Shown here one piece after another: positions 1 to 10,309 of a stretch of DNA of 64,000 bases. A program made the position numbers and the translations under genes. Source of the stretch: Terriglobia bacterium (GTDB taxonomy: Bacteria; Acidobacteriota; Terriglobia; 20CM-2-55-15); NCBI GenBank assembly GCA_965198225.1, contig CBDAOY010000006.1, positions 512,001-576,000 of the forward strand, given 5' to 3'. Under the pieces are notes generated by a model that did no database searches, was not told where the DNA came from, and saw nothing but the letters and a program-made list of their open reading frames with translations. Position 1 is the stretch's first letter. The number at the start of each line of letters is the position of its first letter.

Positions 1-2
1 AT

Positions 3-794
3 GACACGAAACCCGTCATCCTCCTCGACTGGTACGGTTTTCGCGAGCTGCTGGTCGAGGACATGGACTGGCTCGTGGCGTATGGCGAGGAAAACAGGAT
101 TCTCGATCATGCCGTCATCTTCGACGCCACCCACAGCCGCGGGGGATCTCGCGGAGCCTACGCCATCCAGCGTCTTTCCCCGAAGTCTTTCAGGACGACC
201 TTCGGCAACTTGCGTCTGAGCGACATCACGGAGGATTTCGTCAGGGAAAAACGCGCCGACTATGACGCAAGCCGTATCACGGATTCCGGAGTCGCCGAGA
301 CCGTGGACGATGGCTCCTGGCTTATCGACTGGCTGGAAAACGACGTGATGGCCGGCTTACGTGCCGGGCAGGAATACTCCAACAATGTACCCTTCAAGCT
401 GGCTCACGCGCCCAAGTACTCCGACGGCGTGATCCATCCGGCTCCCGTGCACTTTCGCGGACCGCTCGTTTGCCTCTTCGGGCCCTACGGCGGCTCCCAC
501 CTGGACCAGTTTGCGGCGATCGTGGTCGACAACGAGCTTGGTCATACGATCGGCATGCCGACCGGCGGCTACAGCAACACCTGGGAATGGGAGGAAGAGC
601 TCGTGTTTCCGATCAGCGGGAAGCCGATCGCCGGCTACATGTGGTCCATCGGACACACCGTTCGGCCGAACGGCCAGATCGTCGAGGGCCTCGCCGCCGA
701 TGTGGATGACTACCTGCCCCTGACGCGGGAGAACTACCTGGAATACCACAGCCTGCTGCTCGAGAGGGCCTTCCGCTACCTGGGACTCGATTGA
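3..794 (+). CDS. S41-family (tail-specific/tricorn-like) peptidase, C-terminal part; 5' truncated by window edge
   Basis: Frame is open from position 3. Contains DATHSRGGS, GGSHLDQFAAIV (candidate catalytic Ser), IGMPTGG and VEGLAADVD, resembling S41 C-terminal motifs. Confidence 0.65.
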   Translation, partial: DTKPVILLDWYGFRELLVEDMDWLVAYGEENRILDHAVIFDATHSRGGSRGAYAIQRLSPKSFRTTFGNLRLSDITEDFVREKRADYDASRITDSGVAETVDDGSWLIDWLENDVMAGLRAGQEYSNNVPFKLAHAPKYSDGVIHPAPVHFRGPLVCLFGPYGGSHLDQFAAIVVDNELGHTIGMPTGGYSNTWEWEEELVFPISGKPIAGYMWSIGHTVRPNGQIVEGLAADVDDYLPLTRENYLEYHSLLLERAFRYLGLD

Positions 795-2020
795 GTTCCG
801 CGTTCCAGCGTTATCGCGAGCTGTCGCTCGGCGTCAAGATTCTCCTGTTCATGGGAATCGGCCTGGCCGCCGGACTCCTCCTCGGAGACCGAGCCCAGGC
901 GGCCGAACCCCTGGGAGACCTCTTCATCAGGCTGCTCGTGATGGCAGCCATTCCCCTGATCTTTTTCAATCTTCTCGCCGGTTTGACCTCGCTCGACGAT
1001 ATCCGCGTCCTCGGCCGACTTGGAACCAAGACTTTCGTCTTCTACCTGGCGACAACGGTTCTCGCCTTCGTGCTTGGCCTGGCTACGATCGAGCTGCTGC
1101 AGCCGGGTGTCGGCATGTCCCTGACCGAGGAGCCTGATGAAGCCATCGGGGCGGTGCCCGGCGTCGGGGACCTGCTGCTCGACCTGGTTCCGGAAAACGC
1201 TTTCGAAGCCTTCCGCGCCGGCAACGTCTCCCAGATCCTCGTCTTCGCGCTGTTACTCGGTGTGGCTACCTTATTGTTGCCGGAAGAGAAACGCCAGGCG
1301 CTCCGCGCAGCCTTCGAGCTGCTGGCCGACCTGCTCCGGAGCCTGGTGGACCTGATCCTCGAATTCTTCGGACCGATCGGCATCGGAGCGCTGGCTGCGG
1401 CGACCGTCGGCCAGTACGGAGCCGCGATCTTCGGGCCGCTGGCCGTGTTCATCGGCGGCATCTGGGGTGCGCATGTCGTGATGGTCGGGGTCTACCTGGC
1501 CGTGCTCTATGGCTTCACGGGTTACTCGCCGGTCACCTTCCTGAAGAAGACCGGTCCGCTCTACGCCACGACGGCCGCCACCTGCAGCAGCCTTGCGAGC
1601 CTGACCGTCTCTTTCGAGATGGCTCGCGAACGGTTACGGCTACCCGAACACATTTACTCATTCACGCTGCCGATGGGAGCGCAATTTCACAAAGACGGCA
1701 CTTCGATCACGCTGGGGGGCGTGCTTCTCTTCACCTCCCAGGCCGCCGGATTCAGGTTCGACCTCGCGACGCTGCCCGCGGTCATTCTGGTGGGAGTCAT
1801 TCTCTCGGCGGGATCCGGGGGCATTCCAGCGGGCGGGCTGGTGATCGCGCTGATCTACGTGCAGGCGTTCAACCTGCCCATAGAGATGGCCGCCATCGTC
1901 GGCGGAGTCTACCGGTTGCTCGACATGGGAAACACGACCGTCAACATGATGGGGGATGTCGTCGGTACGGCGATAATCGCGAAAACGGAAGGCTACGCGC
2001 CGGGAGACGCGACCCTATAG
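791..2020 (+). CDS. Dicarboxylate/amino acid:cation symporter (DAACS/GltP family), atypical residues
   Basis: Multi-TM; GDLFIRLL, HP1-like ATCSSLASL, TM7 GAQFHKDGT, HP2 SGGIPAGG, TM8 LLDMGNTTVNMMGD. TTG start overlaps the upstream stop. Confidence 0.9.
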   Translation: MSSAFQRYRELSLGVKILLFMGIGLAAGLLLGDRAQAAEPLGDLFIRLLVMAAIPLIFFNLLAGLTSLDDIRVLGRLGTKTFVFYLATTVLAFVLGLATIELLQPGVGMSLTEEPDEAIGAVPGVGDLLLDLVPENAFEAFRAGNVSQILVFALLLGVATLLLPEEKRQALRAAFELLADLLRSLVDLILEFFGPIGIGALAAATVGQYGAAIFGPLAVFIGGIWGAHVVMVGVYLAVLYGFTGYSPVTFLKKTGPLYATTAATCSSLASLTVSFEMARERLRLPEHIYSFTLPMGAQFHKDGTSITLGGVLLFTSQAAGFRFDLATLPAVILVGVILSAGSGGIPAGGLVIALIYVQAFNLPIEMAAIVGGVYRLLDMGNTTVNMMGDVVGTAIIAKTEGYAPGDATL

Positions 2021-2328
2021 AAATCTGCGATCGTCCTCGAACGACGGCCGCCAAACCTAAATCAGGGTCGCGCTGCCGTGTGCAAGACGCACTATAGAAC
2101 AGGTCCCCTCGCCGCTCCCGGACTGATCCATGATACTCGCTGAAGCCGCGGACGGTTGTTCAACCTCCCGAGGCTGCCGAGGGCGGTCGCACCGTATACA
2201 GACTCGCGAAACTGCGGTAGGCTGCCGAGGTTATCCGGTTCGCCGCACCGCCCTGTTTTCCAAAGGAACCGCGGTCCGGGACTGCGTCGTTTGAACACTA
2301 ACGCGCGACGAGCCAAGGCTCGACTCCA

Positions 2329-2862
2329 ATGACAGAGACCACGACTACAGCGAACAACAGCGGCCAGCAACCGGTCCGAGTTCCGGGACGGGTCGTGGCC
2401 TACACGTTGACCTTTGCCGGTCTGGCGGGCGTGGCGTTCGCGATCCTGCTGGCGCGACTGCCGAACCTGTCCGGCGAAGCGCCGGGTACGGACCTGACGC
2501 GAGTGTTCGTCATGACGATGGCCGCGATGTTCGCCGCCGGGGCGCTGGGAGGGAGTCTTTACAATTTGCGCGGATTGATCAAGCACTCGGCCGAGGAAGA
2601 CTACCTGGAAGCGTACAACCTCTCCTACTACCTGCGGCCTGTTTCGGGCGGGATCAGCGGACTGCTGGTTTTCTTCCTTCTCATGGGCGGGATCATGTCG
2701 TTCACAGCCGGGACTTCTCAAACGATCCCCAGTTGGATCACATTCCAGGGGCGGATGCCTTACCTGGCGTTCGGCATTCTGGCGGGATACGGTTCTCACG
2801 AATTCATGCTCAAGCTGAAGGACGTGGCGGAGTCGCTGTTTACGATCAGGAAACCAAAGTGA
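2329..2862 (+). CDS. Hypothetical membrane protein (~4 TM)
   Basis: Hydrophobic segments with AGALGGSLYNL, YYLRPVSGG and GILAGY; coding-like codon usage. Confidence 0.75.
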   Translation: MTETTTTANNSGQQPVRVPGRVVAYTLTFAGLAGVAFAILLARLPNLSGEAPGTDLTRVFVMTMAAMFAAGALGGSLYNLRGLIKHSAEEDYLEAYNLSYYLRPVSGGISGLLVFFLLMGGIMSFTAGTSQTIPSWITFQGRMPYLAFGILAGYGSHEFMLKLKDVAESLFTIRKPK

Positions 2863-2888
2863 ACGCTGAATGATGAGCGAGAAAGACC

Positions 2889-5197
2889 TTACTGAACCGG
2901 TCCTAGTGCTCGGAGTTGCTCGAACCAGTTCGTTACGACGTGGATCTGCTGCTCCGTGCCGTCGGCGTCGCTAAAATCGACCAGCTTGAGCATCAGGAAT
3001 CGTCCGTCGGCCGAGACGTCAAAACTCCTGAAACCCGGAAACGAGGTGAAGCTGAACAGCGCCTGAGGTATGCCGGCCTCGAAGGTCTCACCCGTTTGGA
3101 TGGGAACCGCCATCATCTGCGTCGTTTCCCGGTAGAAGAGCTCCGCGCCATCCCTTGACCAGACGGGCCGGCTTCCGCCTGCCGTCGACACCTTCCACCT
3201 GCCGGCCTCGACATCGGGAAACGGGCTCACGTAGATTTCGGAGCCGCCCGACTCTTCCAGCTCGTACGCCACCCATTTACCATCCGGGGAGATCCTGGTC
3301 CAGAAAGCTCGCGTTAGAAGCAGTTCCGAAGCGCCCGTCGCGATCGACAGCGCATGGATGGCAAAATCCCTGGTGTTGGTTTCAGCAAAGAGTAAGGTTG
3401 TGCCGTCTGCGGACATGGCCATGGGGACCTGGCCCCGGGAACTGGCGGCAGTCGGAGCCGGAAAAGGGCTCTCTCTCAACAGCGGCTCCGCCGAACCGAC
3501 ACCATCGGATCGCTTGGAAAACAGGGTACGAACACGCCCGTCACGGTGCGAGTTGAATATGATTCGCGCGTCATCGGGCGTCCACACAGCGTAAGCGTCG
3601 GCGGCCGGATCGGAGATCAACCGCGTAAGCGTATCGCGTTCGAGGTCTAATATTGCGACGTCCGAGTTACCCCTTTCGTCGAATAGGTCGAAGGCAACGC
3701 GTTCCCCGCCGTGCGAGATAACGGGGTTGAGGTAGGCGCCGTCCGGTAGGGTCAGGTCTTCTTCCCGCCCCTGCCGATCCACCCAGACCAGGGACGAACG
3801 GAACCGGAACCTGCCCGGCGGACCGCCTGGCACCCAGACCAGGGCGCCGTCTTCGGAGAAATCGAAGTGCGCCGCGCCGCCGTCGTTCACTGCGATCCCA
3901 TCCCGGACCGGTTCCGGTGGCCCCGTCAGGTCGAGCCGGTCGAGATCGAACGGCGCCGCCATCATCACGTCTCCCCGCATGTAGACGATGTGATCCGTCG
4001 GTGCGTAGCGCGCGTAATGGCCGGTTTCTTCAATCAAGACGCGCCACTCGTTCGTTTCCAAAGAAAGCAGCGCGACGCGATTGCTCTCCAACCCTCCCCT
4101 GAAGATCGTAAACAATAGGGCCCGGCCGCCAGGCAGCGCAGCCGGCCACCGATGTCCCCCGACACCGCCGTCTTGATCGACGGAAGTAAGCAGCTCCGGA
4201 GAACCCTCTGAAACCGCGATGCGAGATATACCTGCCGAGCCGCCGAAGTAAATGTATCCGTCCGGTGTCCAGGCCGCTCCGCGAGCCGTGGAATCCACCG
4301 GTCCCACTTCGATCGGACGGCCACCGGCGACCGGGACTCGCCAGAGCCTGTCGGAAGCGAAGAACCCGAGCTGCCGGCTGTCCGGTGAAAAGAACGGGTG
4401 GTACGCGCCGTCGCTATCGGGCACCCTTCGGCTTTCAAGCTCATTCATGGGTCTGAGATACAAGCGGCGGGTTCCTTCCCCGTCCGCGGCCAGAAAGGCT
4501 GCGCTTTGCCCATCCGGAGAGATGGCTACACCCGTTCCGTTTTGCGAAGTCCAGCGTTCGTCCGACGGCTGGTCGATCGTGAAACGGAGTTCGTTGACGC
4601 CCGATGCGGCCGGGGGCCGCGTTCGTTGAGCGATCCCCACCGCGACGGCGACCAGCAGGGTCGTCGCGAGGGCCCATGAGACAGCAAAGCGAAGGGTCAT
4701 CCCGCGACCGAATCTCTCGGAAGCGCCCGGACTCTTTTTACTCGAGTCGGCAGGCAGGCTCTCGAGTTCGACTCGCACGTCGGCGATGTCGTGCCAGCGA
4801 TTCCGGGTTCGAACCGCGCCAGCCGTTCTTCGTCCCTGGCGAACTCCTCAGGCAGTGACTTGATGGCCACCTCACGACCCAGCTTGGTGTCACGCGCCTT
4901 CCACACTTCACCCATACCACCTTTGCCGAGCCCGGAAAGGATCCGGAACGAACCGATCTCACGTCCGATCAAAGAGGGCGCCTCATCCCGGGCGATGTCG
5001 GCGGCCGCTATTTCGACGGCTGTTTTTCCGATGAACCCCTTTGCCCTCCGCTCGTAACCGAGAAGCGATTCGATTTCGTCGCGCAGCTCCGAGTCCCCAC
5101 CGCACTGTTCGTCCACAAACGCGTCGCGGTCGTTTTCCTCGAGTTCGAGAGCGGCGTGGTAGATGCGCTCGATCTGCTGCCAGCGGCTAGAGCCCAT
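2889..5197 (-). pseudogene. Ser/Thr protein kinase with TolB/PD40-like beta-propeller; kinase core deleted with frameshift
   Basis: ATG at 5197 after AGGAGG. Subdomains I-III (GKGGMGEVWKARDTKLGREVAIK...RFE) abut subdomain XI (RNRWHDIADVRVELE) in another frame near 4805-4808. The TM and xSPDG repeats run intact to 2889. Confidence 0.85.
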
Positions 5198-5774
5198 CGA
5201 GCCCCTCCTGGTCCAACTCGCGCAACAACCAGACCTTGGCGAGTTTCCAGTCTCGCTGGACGGTATCGAGCGAGACGTCGAGCACCTCGGCTGTTTCCCT
5301 CTCCGTGAGCCCACCGAAAAAACGCAACTCGATCACCTGACTCTTCCTGGAATCCACCGACTCGAGCGCTTTTAGGGCGGAATCCATTGCGATCATGTCC
5401 TCAATCCGCTCAACAGAGGCAGGTCCTATCTCTTCATTAAGAGGGACGGGCCGCTCTCCACCGCCTCGTTTTTGCGAGCGGCGGGCACGAGCCAGGTCCA
5501 CCAGGACCCGCCGCATCAGCCGAGCCGAAACCGCGAAGAAGTGGTTGCGGTCCTGCAACTGCAATTGTTTGGAGTCCACGAGGCGGAGATACGCCTCGTG
5601 CACCAGCGCGGTGGTCTGCAGTGTGTGGTCGTCGCGCTCGCCCTTCATGTACCGATGAGCGAGCCGCCTCAATTCGTCGTACACGAGAGGCATCAGTCGC
5701 TCCGGCGCGGCCTCGTCTCCCTGTCTCCAGGCCAACAGCAGGCGCGTCACTTCCGGGTTGTCCGTCGTCATCAT
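5187..5774 (-). CDS. ECF sigma factor, Ser/Thr kinase-associated type (TIGR02999/ECF43-like)
   Basis: VTRLLLAW, LVYDELRRLA, HTLQTTALVHEAYLRL and ELRFFGGLT...RDWKLAKVWL; stop overlaps the kinase start. Confidence 0.92.
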   Translation of the reverse strand: MMTTDNPEVTRLLLAWRQGDEAAPERLMPLVYDELRRLAHRYMKGERDDHTLQTTALVHEAYLRLVDSKQLQLQDRNHFFAVSARLMRRVLVDLARARRSQKRGGGERPVPLNEEIGPASVERIEDMIAMDSALKALESVDSRKSQVIELRFFGGLTERETAEVLDVSLDTVQRDWKLAKVWLLRELDQEGLDGL

Positions 5775-5936
5775 CTAACATGCTCAATTGTTGGCAGTTA
5801 CGGGATTTAAAGATTATACTACCGCAGTCTGAATTTATTTTTTACCTATCGTGTTTCGGTTCTTCGGGTTCGATTTCCGCTTTCCTGGTTGAGGGCCGGA
5901 AATTCTCCATTTTTCGGCTCCGGGAGGTTGGACACC

Positions 5937-8501
5937 ATGAGAACAGTGAATTTACGCACGACCCTTCTCAGATGGCAGCATCGAATGGGTATTGGCGCCG
6001 CCGGATGCCTGGTTGCAATTGGTATGGGGTCTTCCCCTTACGCGGCGACCGCCCAGACGATCAACAAGACCGGATCGCTGATCCACCCGCGCGCCGGTCA
6101 CACGGCGACACTGGTTGACGGAAATGTCCTCATCACGGGAGGAACGGAGATCGCCGAACTGTACGACCCGGCCACGGGCACCTTCAGTCCGGTTGGGAGC
6201 ATGCGTGAGGCCCGGGCCGGGCACACCGCAACGCGAATGGCGAACGGTCAGGTTGTCCTCATCGGCGGGGGGCCGCTGTTCGGCTCCAGGACGGCCGAAA
6301 TTTACAGTCCCGCAGCAGGCACCTTCAGCGAGACGGGCAGCATGCGCGTGGCGCGGAGCGCGCACACGGCGACGCTGCTGCCGAACGGTAAGGTCCTTGT
6401 CGTCGGCGGAGGCTTGTTCTCCGGCGTCGGAACGGCCGAACTCTATGACCCGGAAACAGGTACTTTCAGCGCGACCGCAAATTTGCCGGACGCCCGACTG
6501 AACCACACGGCGACGCTGTTGCCGAGCGGAAAAGTTCTGATTGCCGGGGGACGACTGAGCAGTCTTCCGACGGCGGAGCTGTATGATCCGGACACGAACC
6601 TCTTCAGGCCGACGGGGAGTCCGAACGAGCAGCGAAACGATCACACCGCTACGCTGCTGCAGGATGGCCGCGTGCTCGTCACCGGGACCTTGGGAGGTAC
6701 GAAGACTGCTGAAGTCTACGATCCAATCACAGGAAGGTTCACTCCTACGGGTCACCTGATCGAGGCGCGGAGCGATCACACTGCTGTGCTGCTGTCGACC
6801 GGAAAAGCTCTAATCGTTGGAGGAGGATCCGGGTCGGGGTTGACGGAGCTGTACGACCCTCGCACCGGCACGTTCAGCCGAGCTGGAAACCTGGCAGACC
6901 CGCGGAGTGAAACGACCGCAACCTTGCTGCCGAACGGAGACGTGCTTATCGTCGGAGGTTTGCCGCTCGGGTCTTTCGCAGCTTATAGAAGTGCCGAGAT
7001 CTACGATCCGGGCCTCGGCATTTCGTCTCGAGGCATCTACGTGGATGGCCGTCGCGGGGTATCGTGGACAACGTCGGGCAGCGGCGGACCGGCGCAGGTC
7101 GGCTACGGCCGGATCGACGTGAACCCGGGGAGTCCGGCTCCAGGCGGCGTGGCGATTTTCGGTTCCGTCACAGACGGAGTACTGGTTGCCGAGGCTGGCG
7201 TTCCGGCATCAGCACCGGTTCGCGGTGGCCGCATCCATGCCGAGATCGGAGGCCTGGTAAACACGGGTCTGGCCCTCGTCAATCCGAACGAACAAGTTGC
7301 TTCGGTTTCCTACTATTTCACCGACGCCGACGGACTCAATTTCGGTCATGGTGTGTTCGTTCTCGGAGCGGGACAACAGATCGCACGCTTCCTCGATCAG
7401 GAACCGTTCAACGGCGCTTCGAGCACACGAGGCACGTTTACTTTCAACTCTTCAGTTCCGGTAGCTGTGACTGCGCTTCGTGGTTTCACGAACCAACGTT
7501 CCGAATTCCTCATCACTGCGCTCCCCGTCGCTTCCCTTGTGCCGGCGGGTGAGCAAACCACCGTCATTCCGCACTACGCGGACGGAGGTGGGTGGACGAC
7601 GCTGGTTACGCTCGTCAATCCAACCGACACCGCCATAGCTGGAACCGTCCAGTTCCTGGATCAGGGGTCGCAAACCGCCCGTGCAGAACCGATCGTCCTC
7701 ACCGTCAATGAAACGACCGGCTCCACGTTCGATTACGCGATACACCCGAGAAGCAGCGTGTCGTTGGAGACATCGAACCCTCCGGACGGCGTCCGCGTTG
7801 GAACGGTCCGGATCAACCCGAGGGCCCAGAGTGGGGCTCCGTCGGCCCAGGCGATCTTCTCGTTCGAGAATGCTCAGGGCGTGACGGTTTCCCAGGCTGG
7901 AGTGGAATCAGTGACTCCGGGCGCCGCCTTCCGACTGTACGCTGAGGCGTCGGGCGAGCCCGGCAAGATCGGCTCGATCGAAACCGGCGTCGCCATCCAC
8001 AACACATCCACCGAAGCCGCCATCGTGGAGCTCGAACTGATCGGCTTCGACGGATCGATGGAGCAGGTGCCGACAGCGATGGTCATTCCTGCCTACGGAC
8101 ATGTTTCAGGATTCATGAGCGAGGTTCTTCCGTCTCTGCGCGACTTCGAGGGCGTGCTCCGCATCACATCGAGTTCGGCCCCGATTTCTGTCGTTGGCCT
8201 GCGGGGGCGGTACAACTCGCGGACGGATTTCCTGCTGACCACCACCCCTGCCTTACTCGAAGGGAGCGATCCGGTGGTCTCTCAGGTCGTGTTCCCGCAC
8301 ATCGTGGACGCGGGTGGCTGGACGACGCAGTTTGTTCTCTTCGGCCGAACGGCCGGCCGGACCTCGACTGGAACTCTGCGGTTTCTTTCGGCGGCGGGAC
8401 AGACGCTCAACCTGCAATTAGCCTTCGCAGCTCCGGCAAGCCGTCAACCGATCTCGATGTTGAACTCGGCGCGAATGTCAGCAAGCGGGACATCGAGGTA
8501 G
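5937..8501 (+). CDS. Secreted Kelch/galactose-oxidase-repeat protein with a large C-terminal beta-rich region
   Basis: Signal peptide; about 7 repeats of RxxHTATLLxxGKVLxxGG...AELYDP; C-terminal region has PH(Y/I)xDxGGWTT twice. GGGAGG precedes ATG 5937. Confidence 0.85.
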   Translation: MRTVNLRTTLLRWQHRMGIGAAGCLVAIGMGSSPYAATAQTINKTGSLIHPRAGHTATLVDGNVLITGGTEIAELYDPATGTFSPVGSMREARAGHTATRMANGQVVLIGGGPLFGSRTAEIYSPAAGTFSETGSMRVARSAHTATLLPNGKVLVVGGGLFSGVGTAELYDPETGTFSATANLPDARLNHTATLLPSGKVLIAGGRLSSLPTAELYDPDTNLFRPTGSPNEQRNDHTATLLQDGRVLVTGTLGGTKTAEVYDPITGRFTPTGHLIEARSDHTAVLLSTGKALIVGGGSGSGLTELYDPRTGTFSRAGNLADPRSETTATLLPNGDVLIVGGLPLGSFAAYRSAEIYDPGLGISSRGIYVDGRRGVSWTTSGSGGPAQVGYGRIDVNPGSPAPGGVAIFGSVTDGVLVAEAGVPASAPVRGGRIHAEIGGLVNTGLALVNPNEQVASVSYYFTDADGLNFGHGVFVLGAGQQIARFLDQEPFNGASSTRGTFTFNSSVPVAVTALRGFTNQRSEFLITALPVASLVPAGEQTTVIPHYADGGGWTTLVTLVNPTDTAIAGTVQFLDQGSQTARAEPIVLTVNETTGSTFDYAIHPRSSVSLETSNPPDGVRVGTVRINPRAQSGAPSAQAIFSFENAQGVTVSQAGVESVTPGAAFRLYAEASGEPGKIGSIETGVAIHNTSTEAAIVELELIGFDGSMEQVPTAMVIPAYGHVSGFMSEVLPSLRDFEGVLRITSSSAPISVVGLRGRYNSRTDFLLTTTPALLEGSDPVVSQVVFPHIVDAGGWTTQFVLFGRTAGRTSTGTLRFLSAAGQTLNLQLAFAAPASRQPISMLNSARMSASGTSR

Positions 8502-8965
8502 GCATCGTTGCCGGTCCAGGGCCACTTCCGGCTCATCCGGCGAGCGCGGCGCCAGACCGCCACGATTTTTGGAATCGCTTTCACCGTCTCCCGGATCGAC
8601 CGCATGCAGCCGATTTCTCGAAGGATGTTGACGGTCTCGGGGAGCTTCAGGTAACTCAGATAATCCCTCAACGAAATGTCGACGCCAAGGACGGTCCAGG
8701 TGTCGGCCAGAATCTCCTGTTCGAGGCTCGTATCAAGACCGAAGACCACATGGCAGCGATCATGGGAATGAAAGAAACGCGCGCTCGCAGGCGCGACCTC
8801 ATTCTCCTTAAAGAGGTTGGGGTTGGCGGCGAGATACTCTTCCAGGCCTTCGCGCAAAGTTATCCGGGAATCCGATTCCTGATACCTGCGCCTGCGCCCG
8901 AGAGATCCGTCGCTCGTCACCCCGGCTGAATTCACATCTATGGATGGGCTGATTTCCTTCGTCAT
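8444..8965 (-). CDS. Coq4-like protein (HDxxH-x11-E metal-binding motif)
   Basis: HDRCHVVFGLDTSLEQE and C-terminal YLDVPLADIRAEFNI; GGAG precedes ATG 8965. Confidence 0.65.
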   Translation of the reverse strand: MTKEISPSIDVNSAGVTSDGSLGRRRRYQESDSRITLREGLEEYLAANPNLFKENEVAPASARFFHSHDRCHVVFGLDTSLEQEILADTWTVLGVDISLRDYLSYLKLPETVNILREIGCMRSIRETVKAIPKIVAVWRRARRMSRKWPWTGNDAYLDVPLADIRAEFNIEIG

Positions 8966-8982
8966 GGATATCTCCAAGCGGC

Positions 8983-9822
8983 TCAGGGGCCCGCCGATTC
9001 GGAATCCGCGGCCTCGACGGCTTTGAAGTCACTCCAGCGCAAGCTCTCTCGGGAGTGGAGGTTGCTCAGGAAGATCCGACCTTTAATGTAAAGATCGACG
9101 CTCGCAGGAAACCAGATGCCGTCTGCGACCCGCGCTCTTTCCATTCGACCACGGACCGCGGACATCGACCCCAGCAGTCCCCACCAAATCCGGACTTTCT
9201 TCGTCAATTCGAATTCGACCCGAGATATTTCGAAAAGGTCGGTGTCGACCCAGATCTTGCCCTCGGCCTTGTTCAAGGCTCGATCGATTCGGCGTTTGAC
9301 GGGTAGATCATCGCTCTTCGGTCGGAACGAGATGACGTAGGCGGGGCGTCCCCTGACGTCTTCGATGCCGTCCAGTTCAACATCGTACCGACCGATCAGC
9401 TCTTCGTTGAAGACGATCCTGTCTTCGTCCTCGTTCCGCGGATCCTCTCCTCTGGCGAGCGCCTGACGAAACTTCCGTTCGCGCTTTCCCTCTTCCTCCA
9501 ATTCGGAATCTTCCAGCGGTTTCCGGTCTTTCTCGACCAGGCGTTGGAACGACACTCCGTCGATCGGGATGCTAAGAAACGCGTGCTGTTCCCGTTTCTT
9601 GACCTGTCCGTTGCGGTCGAGCCTTTCGGTGGTAGCCCGGAACGTAAACGTGTGATTCGATTCCGGCTGAAGCGTCTCAACCCACGAGGCTCGTTCCAGA
9701 GCCCGGTCTATGATCTCGTCGGCCGAAAGGCTCGCTCGACCGGGGTGTGCCTGCTCGGAAACCGCCATCGACCCGGCGAAGAGTGTCGTTGCGGTCATTA
9801 ATGAGAATCGTGTGAAGCGCAT
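8983..9822 (-). CDS. Exported hypothetical protein, possibly LolA/RseB-like fold
   Basis: Signal peptide; GRPAYVISFRPK and GKIWVDTDLFEISRVE beta-strand pattern. Confidence 0.75.
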   Translation of the reverse strand: MRFTRFSLMTATTLFAGSMAVSEQAHPGRASLSADEIIDRALERASWVETLQPESNHTFTFRATTERLDRNGQVKKREQHAFLSIPIDGVSFQRLVEKDRKPLEDSELEEEGKRERKFRQALARGEDPRNEDEDRIVFNEELIGRYDVELDGIEDVRGRPAYVISFRPKSDDLPVKRRIDRALNKAEGKIWVDTDLFEISRVEFELTKKVRIWWGLLGSMSAVRGRMERARVADGIWFPASVDLYIKGRIFLSNLHSRESLRWSDFKAVEAADSESAGP

Positions 9823-9853
9823 GTGTGTTATTTACCCCTTTACATGCCACTAG

Positions 9854-10126
9854 TTACGCCGCGGGTCTGTTCAGTGCACCCCGGTCTCGTCCACGAGCCA
9901 CAAGATAGATCTTCCGCCCGGGCTCATAGACGTGCAGGTAGTACCAGTGCTCCCCGCAGTCCAATTCGTAGAAGCCCTCCCGTTTTCGATCCGGCGTTGG
10001 GCTGCCAGTTTCCCGAAGTGCATTCGTAAGCGCTGCGACATGTGCTGCCAGCCCAGGCTTGAATGCACAGATTTCATAGAGCTCCACAGGAAATTCCGTT
10101 CGATATCGTTCCAGCTTGGATCGCAC
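9854..10126 (-). CDS. Small hypothetical protein (90 aa)
   Basis: GGAG 7 nt upstream of GTG; GFYELDCGEHWYYLHV...KIYLVA; co-oriented with neighbours. Confidence 0.6.
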   Translation of the reverse strand: MRSKLERYRTEFPVELYEICAFKPGLAAHVAALTNALRETGSPTPDRKREGFYELDCGEHWYYLHVYEPGRKIYLVARGRDRGALNRPAA

Positions 10127-10185
10127 CTTTAGATCTCCTTTCTCAGGAAACTGTCACCCTTTCCGGGGCAGCAGACGCAGATTCC

Positions 10186-10293
10186 TCAGCTGAGCTGCGG
10201 GACGGCAGGGGCGCTCCCGACTGGTTTGGAGGATCTTCCCCGCCTGGCCGAGCCGGCCGGATCAGCTGAACCACGCCGTTTGTCGCTTGGCAT
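10186..10293 (-). CDS. Putative 35-aa small ORF
   Basis: AAGGAG-aaca-ATG just after the ABC1 kinase stop; basic low-complexity peptide. Confidence 0.3.
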   Translation of the reverse strand: MPSDKRRGSADPAGSARRGRSSKPVGSAPAVPQLS

Positions 10294-10309
10294 TGTTCTC
10301 CTTCGTCGC

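Noticed and set aside
10129-10293. Possible selenocysteine read-through of the small ORF (TGA followed in frame by GICVCCPGK...)
   Set aside because: No convincing SECIS-like hairpin or selenoprotein-like context; the Cys cluster may be chance.
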